Shown here: one piece after another, positions 28,374 to 36,727 of the stretch
Layout of the letters: each line of letters starts with the position of its first letter
How positions within the stretch are numbered: position 1 is the first letter of the stretch
Virus record (IMG/VR): IMGVR_UViG_3300027973_000030
Span: 1-64,000 of that record
Origin: a virus
Reading direction: 5' to 3' (one strand)
Length of the DNA stretch: 64,000 nucleotides
The notes under the pieces: model-generated
What the model saw: only the letters and a program-made list of their open reading frames with translations
Told to the model about the DNA's origin: nothing
Database searches by the model: none
Program-made: the position numbers and the translations under genes

Positions 28374-28682
28374 GGCAACGGGGCCAAGTTCAGATAGTTA
28401 GGTATAAGTACGCTAGTTATAAGTATAATTCTTGAGCCCTACGCCATGTTATTGGCTGATTGCAGTAGACACTTAAGACCCCTCGGGGCAGAGTCGGCTG
28501 TAATAGCTAAATGTTAAAGTCTGATCTCAGGTGCCTACATTATATTCTGTTGAAAGCAAACGGTTCCGTCATTGAGTAATTAAACGACATATTAGTAAAA
28601 TAAATTTCTGTCATATGAAAGATGGTCATGTACTTAGTAGCAGTTCTGATGATAATTAATGTAGTCCCTGAGATAGACTTTT
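28374..28682 (+). ncRNA. Candidate structured ncRNA 3
   Basis: Three consecutive helical domains, including AAGTCT-GATCTCAGG..CTACATT / AATGTAG..CCTGAGAT-AGACTT. Confidence 0.5.
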
Positions 28683-28722
28683 AGCTCAGTATTTAATTAC
28701 AATTCCATATAAATTCATTTAA

Positions 28723-29457
28723 ATGAAAGATTCTAAAGTAGTTGGAAAGATCTTCCAAACAAAAAACTATTCTCAGTTCAAATACAGAGCTGATAATAGA
28801 CCCGTGGACCAAGCTAACGTTCACAAATTAGTAAAAAGCTTTGAAGTAATGGGACAAAAAATTCCAATCAAAGTAGACTCTAGTATGAATGTACTAGATG
28901 GACAGCACCGCTTAAAAGCTTGTGTGCAGTTAAAAATGCCTGTTGTCTTTATTATAGATGACGAAGACATGACAACATCAGAGATAGCTCAATTACAAGC
29001 TACATCTACAAAATGGAACTATGCTGATTATGCACATAGTTTTGCAACTGATGAAAGTTTAATTGATTACAGATTGTATAATAACTTCTGTACGACTTAT
29101 TCAGAATTCCCTCACAGCACAGCTATACTTATGTTAAGTAATTTACGTGCTGCAGGTGGTAATGCTGATCAAGTATTTAAATCAGGTAAGTTTAAAATTA
29201 AAAGTTTTAGTAAAGCAAAAGAAATTGCTGAAACTTTAAGAAAGATGTCTATATATTACAAGAGTTACAACCGTAAAGGTTTTGTATCATCTGTAATTGT
29301 TATGATGAACCACAAAGACTTTAGTCAGGAAAGACTATTTAGAAAGCTTCCAAAGCGTTGTAAAGAAATTCATGATTTCAGCAAAACTGAAGATTATTTG
29401 GATACTTTACAAGATATCTATAACTGGAAAGAACCTAAAAAAGTATATTTCCATTAA
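28723..29457 (+). CDS. ParB/Srx-like domain protein (244 aa)
   Basis: NRPVD...PIKVD...VLDGQHRLKA. Confidence 0.75.
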   Translation: MKDSKVVGKIFQTKNYSQFKYRADNRPVDQANVHKLVKSFEVMGQKIPIKVDSSMNVLDGQHRLKACVQLKMPVVFIIDDEDMTTSEIAQLQATSTKWNYADYAHSFATDESLIDYRLYNNFCTTYSEFPHSTAILMLSNLRAAGGNADQVFKSGKFKIKSFSKAKEIAETLRKMSIYYKSYNRKGFVSSVIVMMNHKDFSQERLFRKLPKRCKEIHDFSKTEDYLDTLQDIYNWKEPKKVYFH

Positions 29458-29462
29458 AATAT

Positions 29463-29745
29463 TTAAAACTGATACACAGAACAACCAGAGCATGACTTGG
29501 ATGGTGTCGTAAGATGATTATATCAGTTTTAATGTTATTACTAGATTGAAGTCAACAGCAATAAAACCGGCTGTGTGAAATGTCCTCTTAGTATTGCACT
29601 GTAGAGAGCCACGACAAAACCGGATATCTAGGAGTAGTTAGTGAAATTTCCACGTATGGAAGCTACTTATATTATCCGAGTAGTAGAATGCACTTATAAA
29701 CAGACGGTAAATCATTCCAATGGTGCCCCGATAAAAGTAACTAGC
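29463..29745 (+). ncRNA. Candidate structured ncRNA 4
   Basis: Perfect 12-bp stem TTAAAACTGATA/TATCAGTTTTAA, a CTAGAT/ATCTAG domain, then a terminator. Confidence 0.45.
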
Positions 29746-29748
29746 GTT

Positions 29749-29788
29749 TAAGATGGTGGAGTTTATTTTTTCTCCACCATCTTTTTTA
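29749..29788 (+). terminator. Intrinsic terminator
   Basis: AAGATGGTGGAG-loop-CTCCACCATCTT plus T-run. Confidence 0.8.
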
Positions 29789-29799
29789 AATTTAAAGTC

Positions 29800-30078
29800 A
29801 TGGATAACAAGCATATGTTATTACTCTGTAGCTGTTATAGCTCAGAACATCAGATGATTATACACTTAGATGAAGGCGGTGACATGTTTGCTCCAGAAGC
29901 ATACGTACACGTACATCTAGTAAGACGGTCCTTTTGGTACCGTGTGAAATATGGGATTAAATACATATTTGGATACACATCTAGATATGGAGCATGGGAT
30001 GAATTTATATTAGATAAAACTCACGTTGTTTCTCTTAGAGAAATAGCTAAACATTTAGATGATGAAACAGTATACTAA
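29800..30078 (+). CDS. Hypothetical protein (92 aa)
   Basis: CSC..EH...FWYRVKYGIKYIFG. Confidence 0.7.
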   Translation: MDNKHMLLLCSCYSSEHQMIIHLDEGGDMFAPEAYVHVHLVRRSFWYRVKYGIKYIFGYTSRYGAWDEFILDKTHVVSLREIAKHLDDETVY

Positions 30079-30625
30079 ACTACCTATTCCTGTAGATACA
30101 GCATGGGATGTACCAAGATATAAATGGCAAAGATATATGCATTGGCGTATAAAAGAGTTCTTTAGATCTATATACAGTCTAATTCAATGGTTTCCAATTA
30201 TTTGGAAAGACAGACATTGGGATGATTACTTTATAACAAAGCTTCTGCAGAAAAAAATTGAATTTCAAAGAGCTTATTTAGTATCAGCTAATAGACATGT
30301 AAACATAGATAGAGATAATTATTGGATGACTGTAGTTCTTAATCTTTTAGAACGTAAGCATTGTGACTATTATTCTATGGAAAAATATGAGTATATAGTT
30401 ATGGGTGAAGATTTATTTTCTGAACCTGAATCAGATACACTTGATGAATATATAGCTAAATATCCTAGTGCTAAACGAACAGCTATAAAAAAGTATGCAA
30501 AAAATAATAAGAGTCTTAATAATAAAGATTCTATATCATTTTATATGAGTCATATACGTCAAGAAAAAGCTGATGATCTAATATTTGAAATTCTTAAAAG
30601 ACATTCTGCCGAATGGTGGGACTAA
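30059..30625 (+). CDS. Hypothetical phage protein (188 aa)
   Basis: WFPIIWKDRHWD...WWD. Confidence 0.7.
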   Translation: MMKQYTKLPIPVDTAWDVPRYKWQRYMHWRIKEFFRSIYSLIQWFPIIWKDRHWDDYFITKLLQKKIEFQRAYLVSANRHVNIDRDNYWMTVVLNLLERKHCDYYSMEKYEYIVMGEDLFSEPESDTLDEYIAKYPSAKRTAIKKYAKNNKSLNNKDSISFYMSHIRQEKADDLIFEILKRHSAEWWD

Positions 30626-30635
30626 ACAAAACTAT

Positions 30636-31181
30636 ATGACAGATGAACAGTTTATAGAAATGAAGGATGAGTATTTAGATAATATGAAAAGCATATTATT
30701 ACGTGCAGGTAATATACAACCTACAATCACCATACTTGGTGACCATAGGAAGGAAAATAAACCTGCTATTATACACATACCTCTTCCTGAAAAAATAGCT
30801 AATTCTGATGAAGGCAAGCAGATGTTTGTAGATGAAATGATACCAGAGTTATCTATAAAAGTTCAAGAAAGGTTTGATGTTAAAGCTGTAGCATTTGCTT
30901 CTGAAGCATGGATGCGTACAGCAGAAAAAGACGAGTTTGATCCTGAAGTGGATAATTACAAAAAGCTACCTATAAAAAAAGAAATTCTTATTATCACAAT
31001 TGATGATGGTAAAGAGACTTTTTGTAATATCTTTGAGATCAAACGTGATGGTAAATCTGTTACACCGGAAGGTGATTTAATAGATATTATAGAGTTGGAA
31101 AAGCTTCCTGAGTTAGAAGCACCTTATAGTGCATCTGGAGGAAGGTTTGGGAAGCTTTATCAAAAGTTTACTAAACAATAA
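30636..31181 (+). CDS. Hypothetical protein (start MTDEQ)
   Basis: SEAWM motif; ATG just after the previous stop. Confidence 0.7.
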   Translation: MTDEQFIEMKDEYLDNMKSILLRAGNIQPTITILGDHRKENKPAIIHIPLPEKIANSDEGKQMFVDEMIPELSIKVQERFDVKAVAFASEAWMRTAEKDEFDPEVDNYKKLPIKKEILIITIDDGKETFCNIFEIKRDGKSVTPEGDLIDIIELEKLPELEAPYSASGGRFGKLYQKFTKQ

Positions 31182-31222
31182 TTTTTAACCGAGAGGGTTA
31201 TCCTCTCACATTAATATAACTT

Positions 31223-31390
31223 ATGATTAATTGGTTCACATCTTTATTTGGTAAAAATAAGATACAAGAGTTAGAGAAAGAAATCGTAGAACTTAAAATC
31301 AAACTACAAGAAAGACAAGAGCATATAGACAAAACTAATGCATATTGGAAGAAAAGATTGCATTTAAGTACTAAGAAAGACAAGTTATAG
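31223..31390 (+). CDS. Small coiled-coil protein (55 aa), not in the track
   Basis: MINWFTSLFGKNKIQELEKEIVELKIKLQERQEHIDKTNAYWKKRLHLSTKKDKL. Confidence 0.6.
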   Translation: MINWFTSLFGKNKIQELEKEIVELKIKLQERQEHIDKTNAYWKKRLHLSTKKDKL

Positions 31391-31472
31391 CTCTATTATC
31401 CAAAGAAAATAGAATAGGTATTTGTAGATTAAGAGACATATACTAGCTTTATAAATACATAAAGCCCCAAAT

Positions 31473-31733
31473 ATGCTCTACCAGTTGCCAAATGGAAAAG
31501 TAATAGAGATGAGTACTGAGCAGTATTTTGAGATGTCCGATGAAGAATTAGATTATTTAGTAGCTTATAACTATGGTGAAGTATTAGAAAACCCATGGTT
31601 TGGCTCAATATTAAGTAAAGCAGATAACTCTAGATCAGAAGATATACCAGATACTATTAAAGAACTTACTGATATAACCGTTTCAGAAAAACTGAACGCT
31701 CCAGATATTGATTTTCAAATTGAAGAAGACTAA
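31473..31733 (+). CDS. Hypothetical acidic protein (86 aa)
   Basis: MLYQLPNGKVIEMSTEQY. Confidence 0.7.
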   Translation: MLYQLPNGKVIEMSTEQYFEMSDEELDYLVAYNYGEVLENPWFGSILSKADNSRSEDIPDTIKELTDITVSEKLNAPDIDFQIEED

Positions 31734-31756
31734 ATTAGTCTAAACTTTTTAAACCT

Positions 31757-31785
31757 AAGCTCCAGCTAACCCTGGAGCTTTTTTT
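31757..31785 (+). terminator. Intrinsic terminator
   Basis: AAGCTCCAG-loop-CTGGAGCTT plus T-run. Confidence 0.8.
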
Positions 31786-31809
31786 ATTTATAATTTAATA
31801 ATTATTATT

Positions 31810-32286
31810 ATGAACAAAGTAGCAGTAGCAGCCGACAAAAACGGTAATGTAATTGGTATTTCACCAAACAATCCAGAATATGGCTGGATTAGAGTAGAAC
31901 AGAACGCCCGTGTCATTAATGACCGTGGTTGGTTACGTAACGCTAAAAGATCAGCGTTAATTAAAGGTAAGGTAGAAGACTTAGTAGCTTCTAACTACAA
32001 AGACGGAGAGGAAATCACAGGTAAAATCATTGTGGTAGAGTCTCACGATCCATTTAACCCAGAAAATCCTGATAGAGATATCAAGATAGCTGGTGATACA
32101 GGTGTAATTTGCCGTGTAGATGATCAAGCAATTTATCGTCAGACGTTCTTTACACCTAATGTAAACGCTCAAGACGAGCTTATTATGCATACTAATGCAG
32201 AAGAAATTAAAGAAGTACAATCTGCACAACGTGCAATTGGTTCTTTAAATAAGTCTCGTTTAAAGGAATTACAAGCAGAACTATAA
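31810..32286 (+). CDS. Hypothetical protein (158 aa), possibly nucleic-acid binding
   Basis: Beta-rich; flanked by terminators. Confidence 0.7.
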   Translation: MNKVAVAADKNGNVIGISPNNPEYGWIRVEQNARVINDRGWLRNAKRSALIKGKVEDLVASNYKDGEEITGKIIVVESHDPFNPENPDRDIKIAGDTGVICRVDDQAIYRQTFFTPNVNAQDELIMHTNAEEIKEVQSAQRAIGSLNKSRLKELQAEL

Positions 32287-32311
32287 TTGCATAGTGTGTT
32301 ATAAACCCCCA

Positions 32312-32344
32312 GGGAGCTTGGAGAAATCTGAGCTCCCATTTTTT
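32312..32344 (+). terminator. Intrinsic terminator
   Basis: GGGAGCTTGGA-GAAA-TCTGAGCTCCC plus T-run. Confidence 0.75.
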
Positions 32345-32372
32345 ATCTATTCCATTACATAAATCCAGCTAT

Positions 32373-32882
32373 ATGCACAATAATCAGAACAAAACCGTAT
32401 CTGCAAACTCTAAAGGCATAGTTATATGTTTTAGAGACGTTAATAAACATAGGTTTATACCTTATGATAGCCAGTACGTAAAACAAATTCAGCTGTATGG
32501 TACCACAAAGTATCAACAGATTGAAGCAGTAGTGTTTAACTCCACTCAAAGAAGGATATATGATGAAGCCTTATACGGGTTTGCCATATACTCTGCAGAA
32601 GAGGTAAAAGCTTTTACACCTACTAAAAAGCATTTCATACAAAAAAACTACCATAGAGTACAAAGGTTTTTAGCTCGTTGGAAAGATGACATTATGAATC
32701 AGCGTATAGACAATTTCTTGCTTAAGTTATTTCATAGATCAGATGTTGTAAAAGAATTTGTAAAAATTACAAGTTCAGAATACCAATTTTCTAATCCAGG
32801 TGAGCGGTTATCAGATGATGTGATAGCACGTAAACTTGTTGAATTTAAACTTTTGCCAAGTAACTTTTTTAACTTAACTTAG
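32373..32882 (+). CDS. Hypothetical protein (169 aa)
   Basis: ORF track. Confidence 0.65.
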   Translation: MHNNQNKTVSANSKGIVICFRDVNKHRFIPYDSQYVKQIQLYGTTKYQQIEAVVFNSTQRRIYDEALYGFAIYSAEEVKAFTPTKKHFIQKNYHRVQRFLARWKDDIMNQRIDNFLLKLFHRSDVVKEFVKITSSEYQFSNPGERLSDDVIARKLVEFKLLPSNFFNLT

Positions 32883-32888
32883 AGCATT

Positions 32889-33119
32889 ATGCAATGTACA
32901 TTTGTAATTAACGGTACAGCACAGTTAGTGTTGATACCAGAAAACGATCTAGATAAACTCTTATTAGATAGAGTGCTAGATGGAGGTAGTTTTATTGAAG
33001 CTGTAAGAATTACACAACCTATTAATATTTTAGGTAAACCCGTAACTGACAGTGTAATATTCAAGAAAAAAACACATTCAACACAAAATAGTAAAGAGGA
33101 TGATACAAGCGAAACTTAA
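32889..33119 (+). CDS. Hypothetical protein (76 aa)
   Basis: ORF track. Confidence 0.6.
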   Translation: MQCTFVINGTAQLVLIPENDLDKLLLDRVLDGGSFIEAVRITQPINILGKPVTDSVIFKKKTHSTQNSKEDDTSET

Positions 33120-33483
33120 GATGTGTGCCGGCTGTAACAAGTCTAAACACATATGGAAGTCTCACGGTAAAGAAAAATACTGTAAGGAATGCTGGTATGA
33201 TATTGAGAAACCAAAGTCTATAGCTCCTATGTCTAAAAAGATGAAGGAAACTGTAGATCAGTATTCAAAGATACGTACTGCATACCTTACAGTAAATACT
33301 TTATGTAAGGCTAAACTATCTGGCTGTACAAGCAATGCTACAGAAGTACATCATAAAGCAGGTAGAGGTGAAAATTATCTACGTATTGCTACATGGTTAC
33401 CTGTCTGCAGGAACTGTCACACATGGATAGAGCTTCATCCAGATGCAGCTAAAGAACTTAATTTATCAGAAAACCGATTATAA
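33100..33483 (+). CDS. HNH-like Zn-binding nuclease (127 aa)
   Basis: CxxC pairs; ATEVHHKAGRG...VCRNCHTWIE. Confidence 0.75.
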   Translation: MIQAKLKMCAGCNKSKHIWKSHGKEKYCKECWYDIEKPKSIAPMSKKMKETVDQYSKIRTAYLTVNTLCKAKLSGCTSNATEVHHKAGRGENYLRIATWLPVCRNCHTWIELHPDAAKELNLSENRL

Positions 33484-33484
33484 T

Positions 33485-33766
33485 ATGGAAACAAATTGGG
33501 AAGAAACTAGAAACAAATACAGAATGGCAGCAGTCCATTTTGCTAACAGATATGGAGTAGAAGTATCTGAACACGTAATTGACGTTATGATATCAGCAAT
33601 GATGACAAGAGATAACGTCTTACAAGGTGGTAGCTTTGTACAATCAGTAGTGGCTAACAATTTAAAAGATGCTATTAGTAATGCAGATGCAGACTGTAGT
33701 AAAAATTTAAGAATCATTACACTGTGTGCAAACTTTTGCTACGCTGAATACGAAATGAATGAGTAA
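33485..33766 (+). CDS. Hypothetical protein (start METNW)
   Basis: GGSFVQSVVANNLKDAISNAD. Confidence 0.65.
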   Translation: METNWEETRNKYRMAAVHFANRYGVEVSEHVIDVMISAMMTRDNVLQGGSFVQSVVANNLKDAISNADADCSKNLRIITLCANFCYAEYEMNE

Positions 33767-34883
33767 AAGAGAAGAAATCCAACAAGAAGCTCTTGATATA
33801 GTTACCAAACATAAACGTTCAGGTCTAGCTATATCAATGGGTGTTGGTAAAACCTTAATAGGTTTGAAATATATAGATTTTTTTCAGAAAGCAAACATGA
33901 ATAAGCTTAAAGTGTTAGTAGTAGCACCAAAGCTTTCTATTTTTGATAGCTGGAAAGACGACTCTGTTAAGTTTAATATTTCACTTGATAATGTTGAATT
34001 TACCACTTACTTATCATTAAATAAATGTGATCCATTTATTTATGATATAGTTATAATGGATGAGTGTCACAGTTTACTAATTAATCACACTTTATTTCTT
34101 AACCGATATAAAGGTAGAATACTTGGTTTAACTGGTACACCGCCTAGACACTTACAATCTGAAAAAGGTAAGATGGTAAGTACATATTGTCCTATGATGT
34201 ATAAATACATTACAGATGATGCTATTGACGATAACATTCTTAATGATTACAGAATTATAGTTCATAAGCTTTCTTTATCTACTGATAACACAATAGCAGT
34301 AAATATGAAAGACAAACAGTTTTATACCTCTGAGCAAAAGAACTATGAATATTGGACTAAACGTCTAATGGAAGCACAGAGTAAAAAGATGGAACAAATA
34401 GCTTCTGTAATGAGAATGCGTACTCTTATGGATTTTCAAACTAAAGAGACTTATGCTAAACAGCTGATGCAAGATATAGAAGAGAAGTGTATTGTATTTT
34501 GTAATACACAAGCTCAAGCAGATAGAATTTGTAAAGATTCATATCATTCTACTAATCCAGATGCTGAAGACAATCTTCTTAGATTTAAAAACGATGAGAT
34601 AGATAAACTTTCATGTGTTCTTCAACTTAATGAGGGTGTAAATATACCTAATCTTAGAGCCGGCATAATTATGCATGCTTATGGTAACGAGCGTAAAAGC
34701 AATCAACGTATAGGTAGATTACTAAGACTTAATCCTAATGATACATCTATTATACACATACTATGTTATAAAAACAGTGTAGATGAACGTTGGGTTACAG
34801 AAGCTCTTAAAGATTTAGATCCTGCTAAAGTGAAACACTTTGATGTAAAAATTGAAACAGATGAATCAATCTTTTATAGGTAA
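33759..34883 (+). CDS. Superfamily II (DExH) helicase (374 aa)
   Basis: MGVGKT, DECH, LTGT, EGVNIP and QRIGR motifs. Confidence 0.9.
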   Translation: MSKREEIQQEALDIVTKHKRSGLAISMGVGKTLIGLKYIDFFQKANMNKLKVLVVAPKLSIFDSWKDDSVKFNISLDNVEFTTYLSLNKCDPFIYDIVIMDECHSLLINHTLFLNRYKGRILGLTGTPPRHLQSEKGKMVSTYCPMMYKYITDDAIDDNILNDYRIIVHKLSLSTDNTIAVNMKDKQFYTSEQKNYEYWTKRLMEAQSKKMEQIASVMRMRTLMDFQTKETYAKQLMQDIEEKCIVFCNTQAQADRICKDSYHSTNPDAEDNLLRFKNDEIDKLSCVLQLNEGVNIPNLRAGIIMHAYGNERKSNQRIGRLLRLNPNDTSIIHILCYKNSVDERWVTEALKDLDPAKVKHFDVKIETDESIFYR

Positions 34884-35256
34884 ACTTATAAAAAAGAATG
34901 GGAGACTAGAGTTTTCTAGTCTTGCCCAATCTAAACAGTTTGAATATTATGCTTCAGATGTACCAGATGGTATGATAGTAGAATGTTTTTACGAAATGAC
35001 TCATGATGATGGCACGCTTCCACAGCTAGCCAAACTTCATGTAATAATTAGACAGCTTGCCAATCATATTGGTGAGACTGCAGAGAATATGAAAATTCTT
35101 ATTAAAGATCGTGCTGGTCTTTGTATATCTAGAGAAGTAGCAGGTAGAGAATACTTTTTAGCTAAAAGCTTTGGTGAGTGTTCTAAAGAAGACTTATCGT
35201 TAGCTATACAAGCAGCTATGGAAATAGGTGAAGAAATTAATTTTCCGGTAGGGTAA
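34861..35256 (+). CDS. Hypothetical protein, NinB-like
   Basis: TLPQLAKLHVIIRQLANHIGE...KSFGECSKEDL resembles the NinB/Orf family. Confidence 0.55.
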   Translation: MNQSFIGKLIKKNGRLEFSSLAQSKQFEYYASDVPDGMIVECFYEMTHDDGTLPQLAKLHVIIRQLANHIGETAENMKILIKDRAGLCISREVAGREYFLAKSFGECSKEDLSLAIQAAMEIGEEINFPVG

Positions 35257-35515
35257 TTTCTTTCTCTTCTAACTGTCCATCAGTTTCAGCTTTATCTTCA
35301 AGAGCTCTGATCAATAACACTACAGTGAATAAGTGAGCCATCCAGTCTTCTGTGATCTCTTTCTTTTCAATAATAGCAGTTTCAAATTCTTTAATTTGTT
35401 CATCAGTCTTGTCTTCTGTAAGATATACAAGAAGGTCTTTTAGCTTTAAATAAAAAGCTGTACCGATAGGGAGATGTATAATAGCATCACTCTTTAATAT
35501 TTTCATTTTTTCCAT
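35237..35515 (-). CDS. Hypothetical protein (92 aa), isolated antisense gene
   Basis: Fills a 294-nt plus-strand gap; has its own TAAATTTG box at 35533-35540. Confidence 0.7.
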   Translation of the reverse strand: MEKMKILKSDAIIHLPIGTAFYLKLKDLLVYLTEDKTDEQIKEFETAIIEKKEITEDWMAHLFTVVLLIRALEDKAETDGQLEEKEITLPEN

Positions 35516-35550
35516 AATGTAGATTTATTCTACAAATTTAATAAATTTTT

Positions 35551-36267
35551 ATGACTGAGACGATAAATCTTGAAGAAATAAAATGTAAGCTTATTGAGCG
35601 TCTAAAACCGTCAGGTTGGGCAGATAAGTTTAAAAGTTTTATACAATCTAGTGATTTTGATAATATACTAGAAACCCTATATAAACAAAGAGAAGACGGT
35701 AAACGCTTTACTCCTCCTCTTAAGCATGTATTTAATGCATTTCAAAACTGTCCGTTAAACGATCTTAAGATTGTTGTAATAGGACAAGACCCTTATCCAC
35801 AGTTTGGTGTAGCAGACGGTATGGCATTTTCTTGTGGTATCACTGGAAAACCTCAACCAAGTTTGCGTAACATGTTTGAAGCTATAGAACAAACAGTTTA
35901 CCAAGAGTTTCCTACGTATCAAGATCCTAATCTTGCACGCTGGGCTAACCAGGGCGTACTGTTATTAAATACAGCTCTTACCTGCGAGGTAGATAAGATT
36001 GGATCTCACGTAAATCTATGGCATGACTTTACAATGTATGTATTAGATATGCTCAACTTAACAAGTTCTGGTTTGATCTTTATGCTTTTAGGTAAGCAAG
36101 CTCAAGAACTAGAACCTTTCATCGGACAGAATCATTATATACTTAAAGCTTCTCATCCAGCTTCTGCAGCTTATACTAAAACAGTATGGGATTGTGGTGA
36201 TGTATTCAACAAAGCTAATGAGATCATTAAAGGTAATAATGGTCCTGAATTTACAATTAACTGGTAA
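35551..36267 (+). CDS. ung: Uracil-DNA glycosylase (family 1)
   Basis: GQDPYP, GVLLLN and SHPAS motifs. Confidence 0.92.
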   Translation: MTETINLEEIKCKLIERLKPSGWADKFKSFIQSSDFDNILETLYKQREDGKRFTPPLKHVFNAFQNCPLNDLKIVVIGQDPYPQFGVADGMAFSCGITGKPQPSLRNMFEAIEQTVYQEFPTYQDPNLARWANQGVLLLNTALTCEVDKIGSHVNLWHDFTMYVLDMLNLTSSGLIFMLLGKQAQELEPFIGQNHYILKASHPASAAYTKTVWDCGDVFNKANEIIKGNNGPEFTINW

Positions 36268-36285
36268 AATTTTAAATACACAATT

Positions 36286-36702
36286 ATGGCAATCAACAAA
36301 GTAGAGATCTATGTATCTCAAATTCTAGAGGATTTAGACAATGGTCTAACCTGGTTAAAGAAAGACGACTTAGGATATGGAAGTATCCAAGATAAGTACA
36401 ATGCAAAAGAGCAACAGATCGCTATGATCCGTAAACATCCTGCTTTAAAGGATGCAGAAACTACAGTTACAGTATTTACTGTAATTGATGATACAAAAAA
36501 TAATAATAATGCAGGAACAACCACCAATGACACTAGTGTCAGACGAGATGAGATCAATTTGGAAAGCTTACCAAAGACTAATATCGGGGACACAAGATCT
36601 ACGGATACAAGCGTCATATCTCAAGGTAACAACCAGACTGCTATTAGAATCACAGCAGAGAGTGGTGCAGAATCCGACCTCGCAGCATTTGCAAACCTTT
36701 AA
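36286..36702 (+). CDS. Hypothetical protein (138 aa)
   Basis: ORF upstream of the MoxR-like gene. Confidence 0.65.
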   Translation: MAINKVEIYVSQILEDLDNGLTWLKKDDLGYGSIQDKYNAKEQQIAMIRKHPALKDAETTVTVFTVIDDTKNNNNAGTTTNDTSVRRDEINLESLPKTNIGDTRSTDTSVISQGNNQTAIRITAESGAESDLAAFANL

Positions 36703-36727
36703 CACACAACCCAAAAATACATTAAAA

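Noticed and set aside
28610-28665. Hammerhead ribozyme (GAAA...CTGATGA)
   Set aside because: The core words are present, but stems I-III could not be formed with the required geometry.
28723-29457. DndB/phosphorothioate system suggested by DGQHR
   Set aside because: No dnd or ssp neighbours; the size and context fit a stand-alone phage ParB-like protein.
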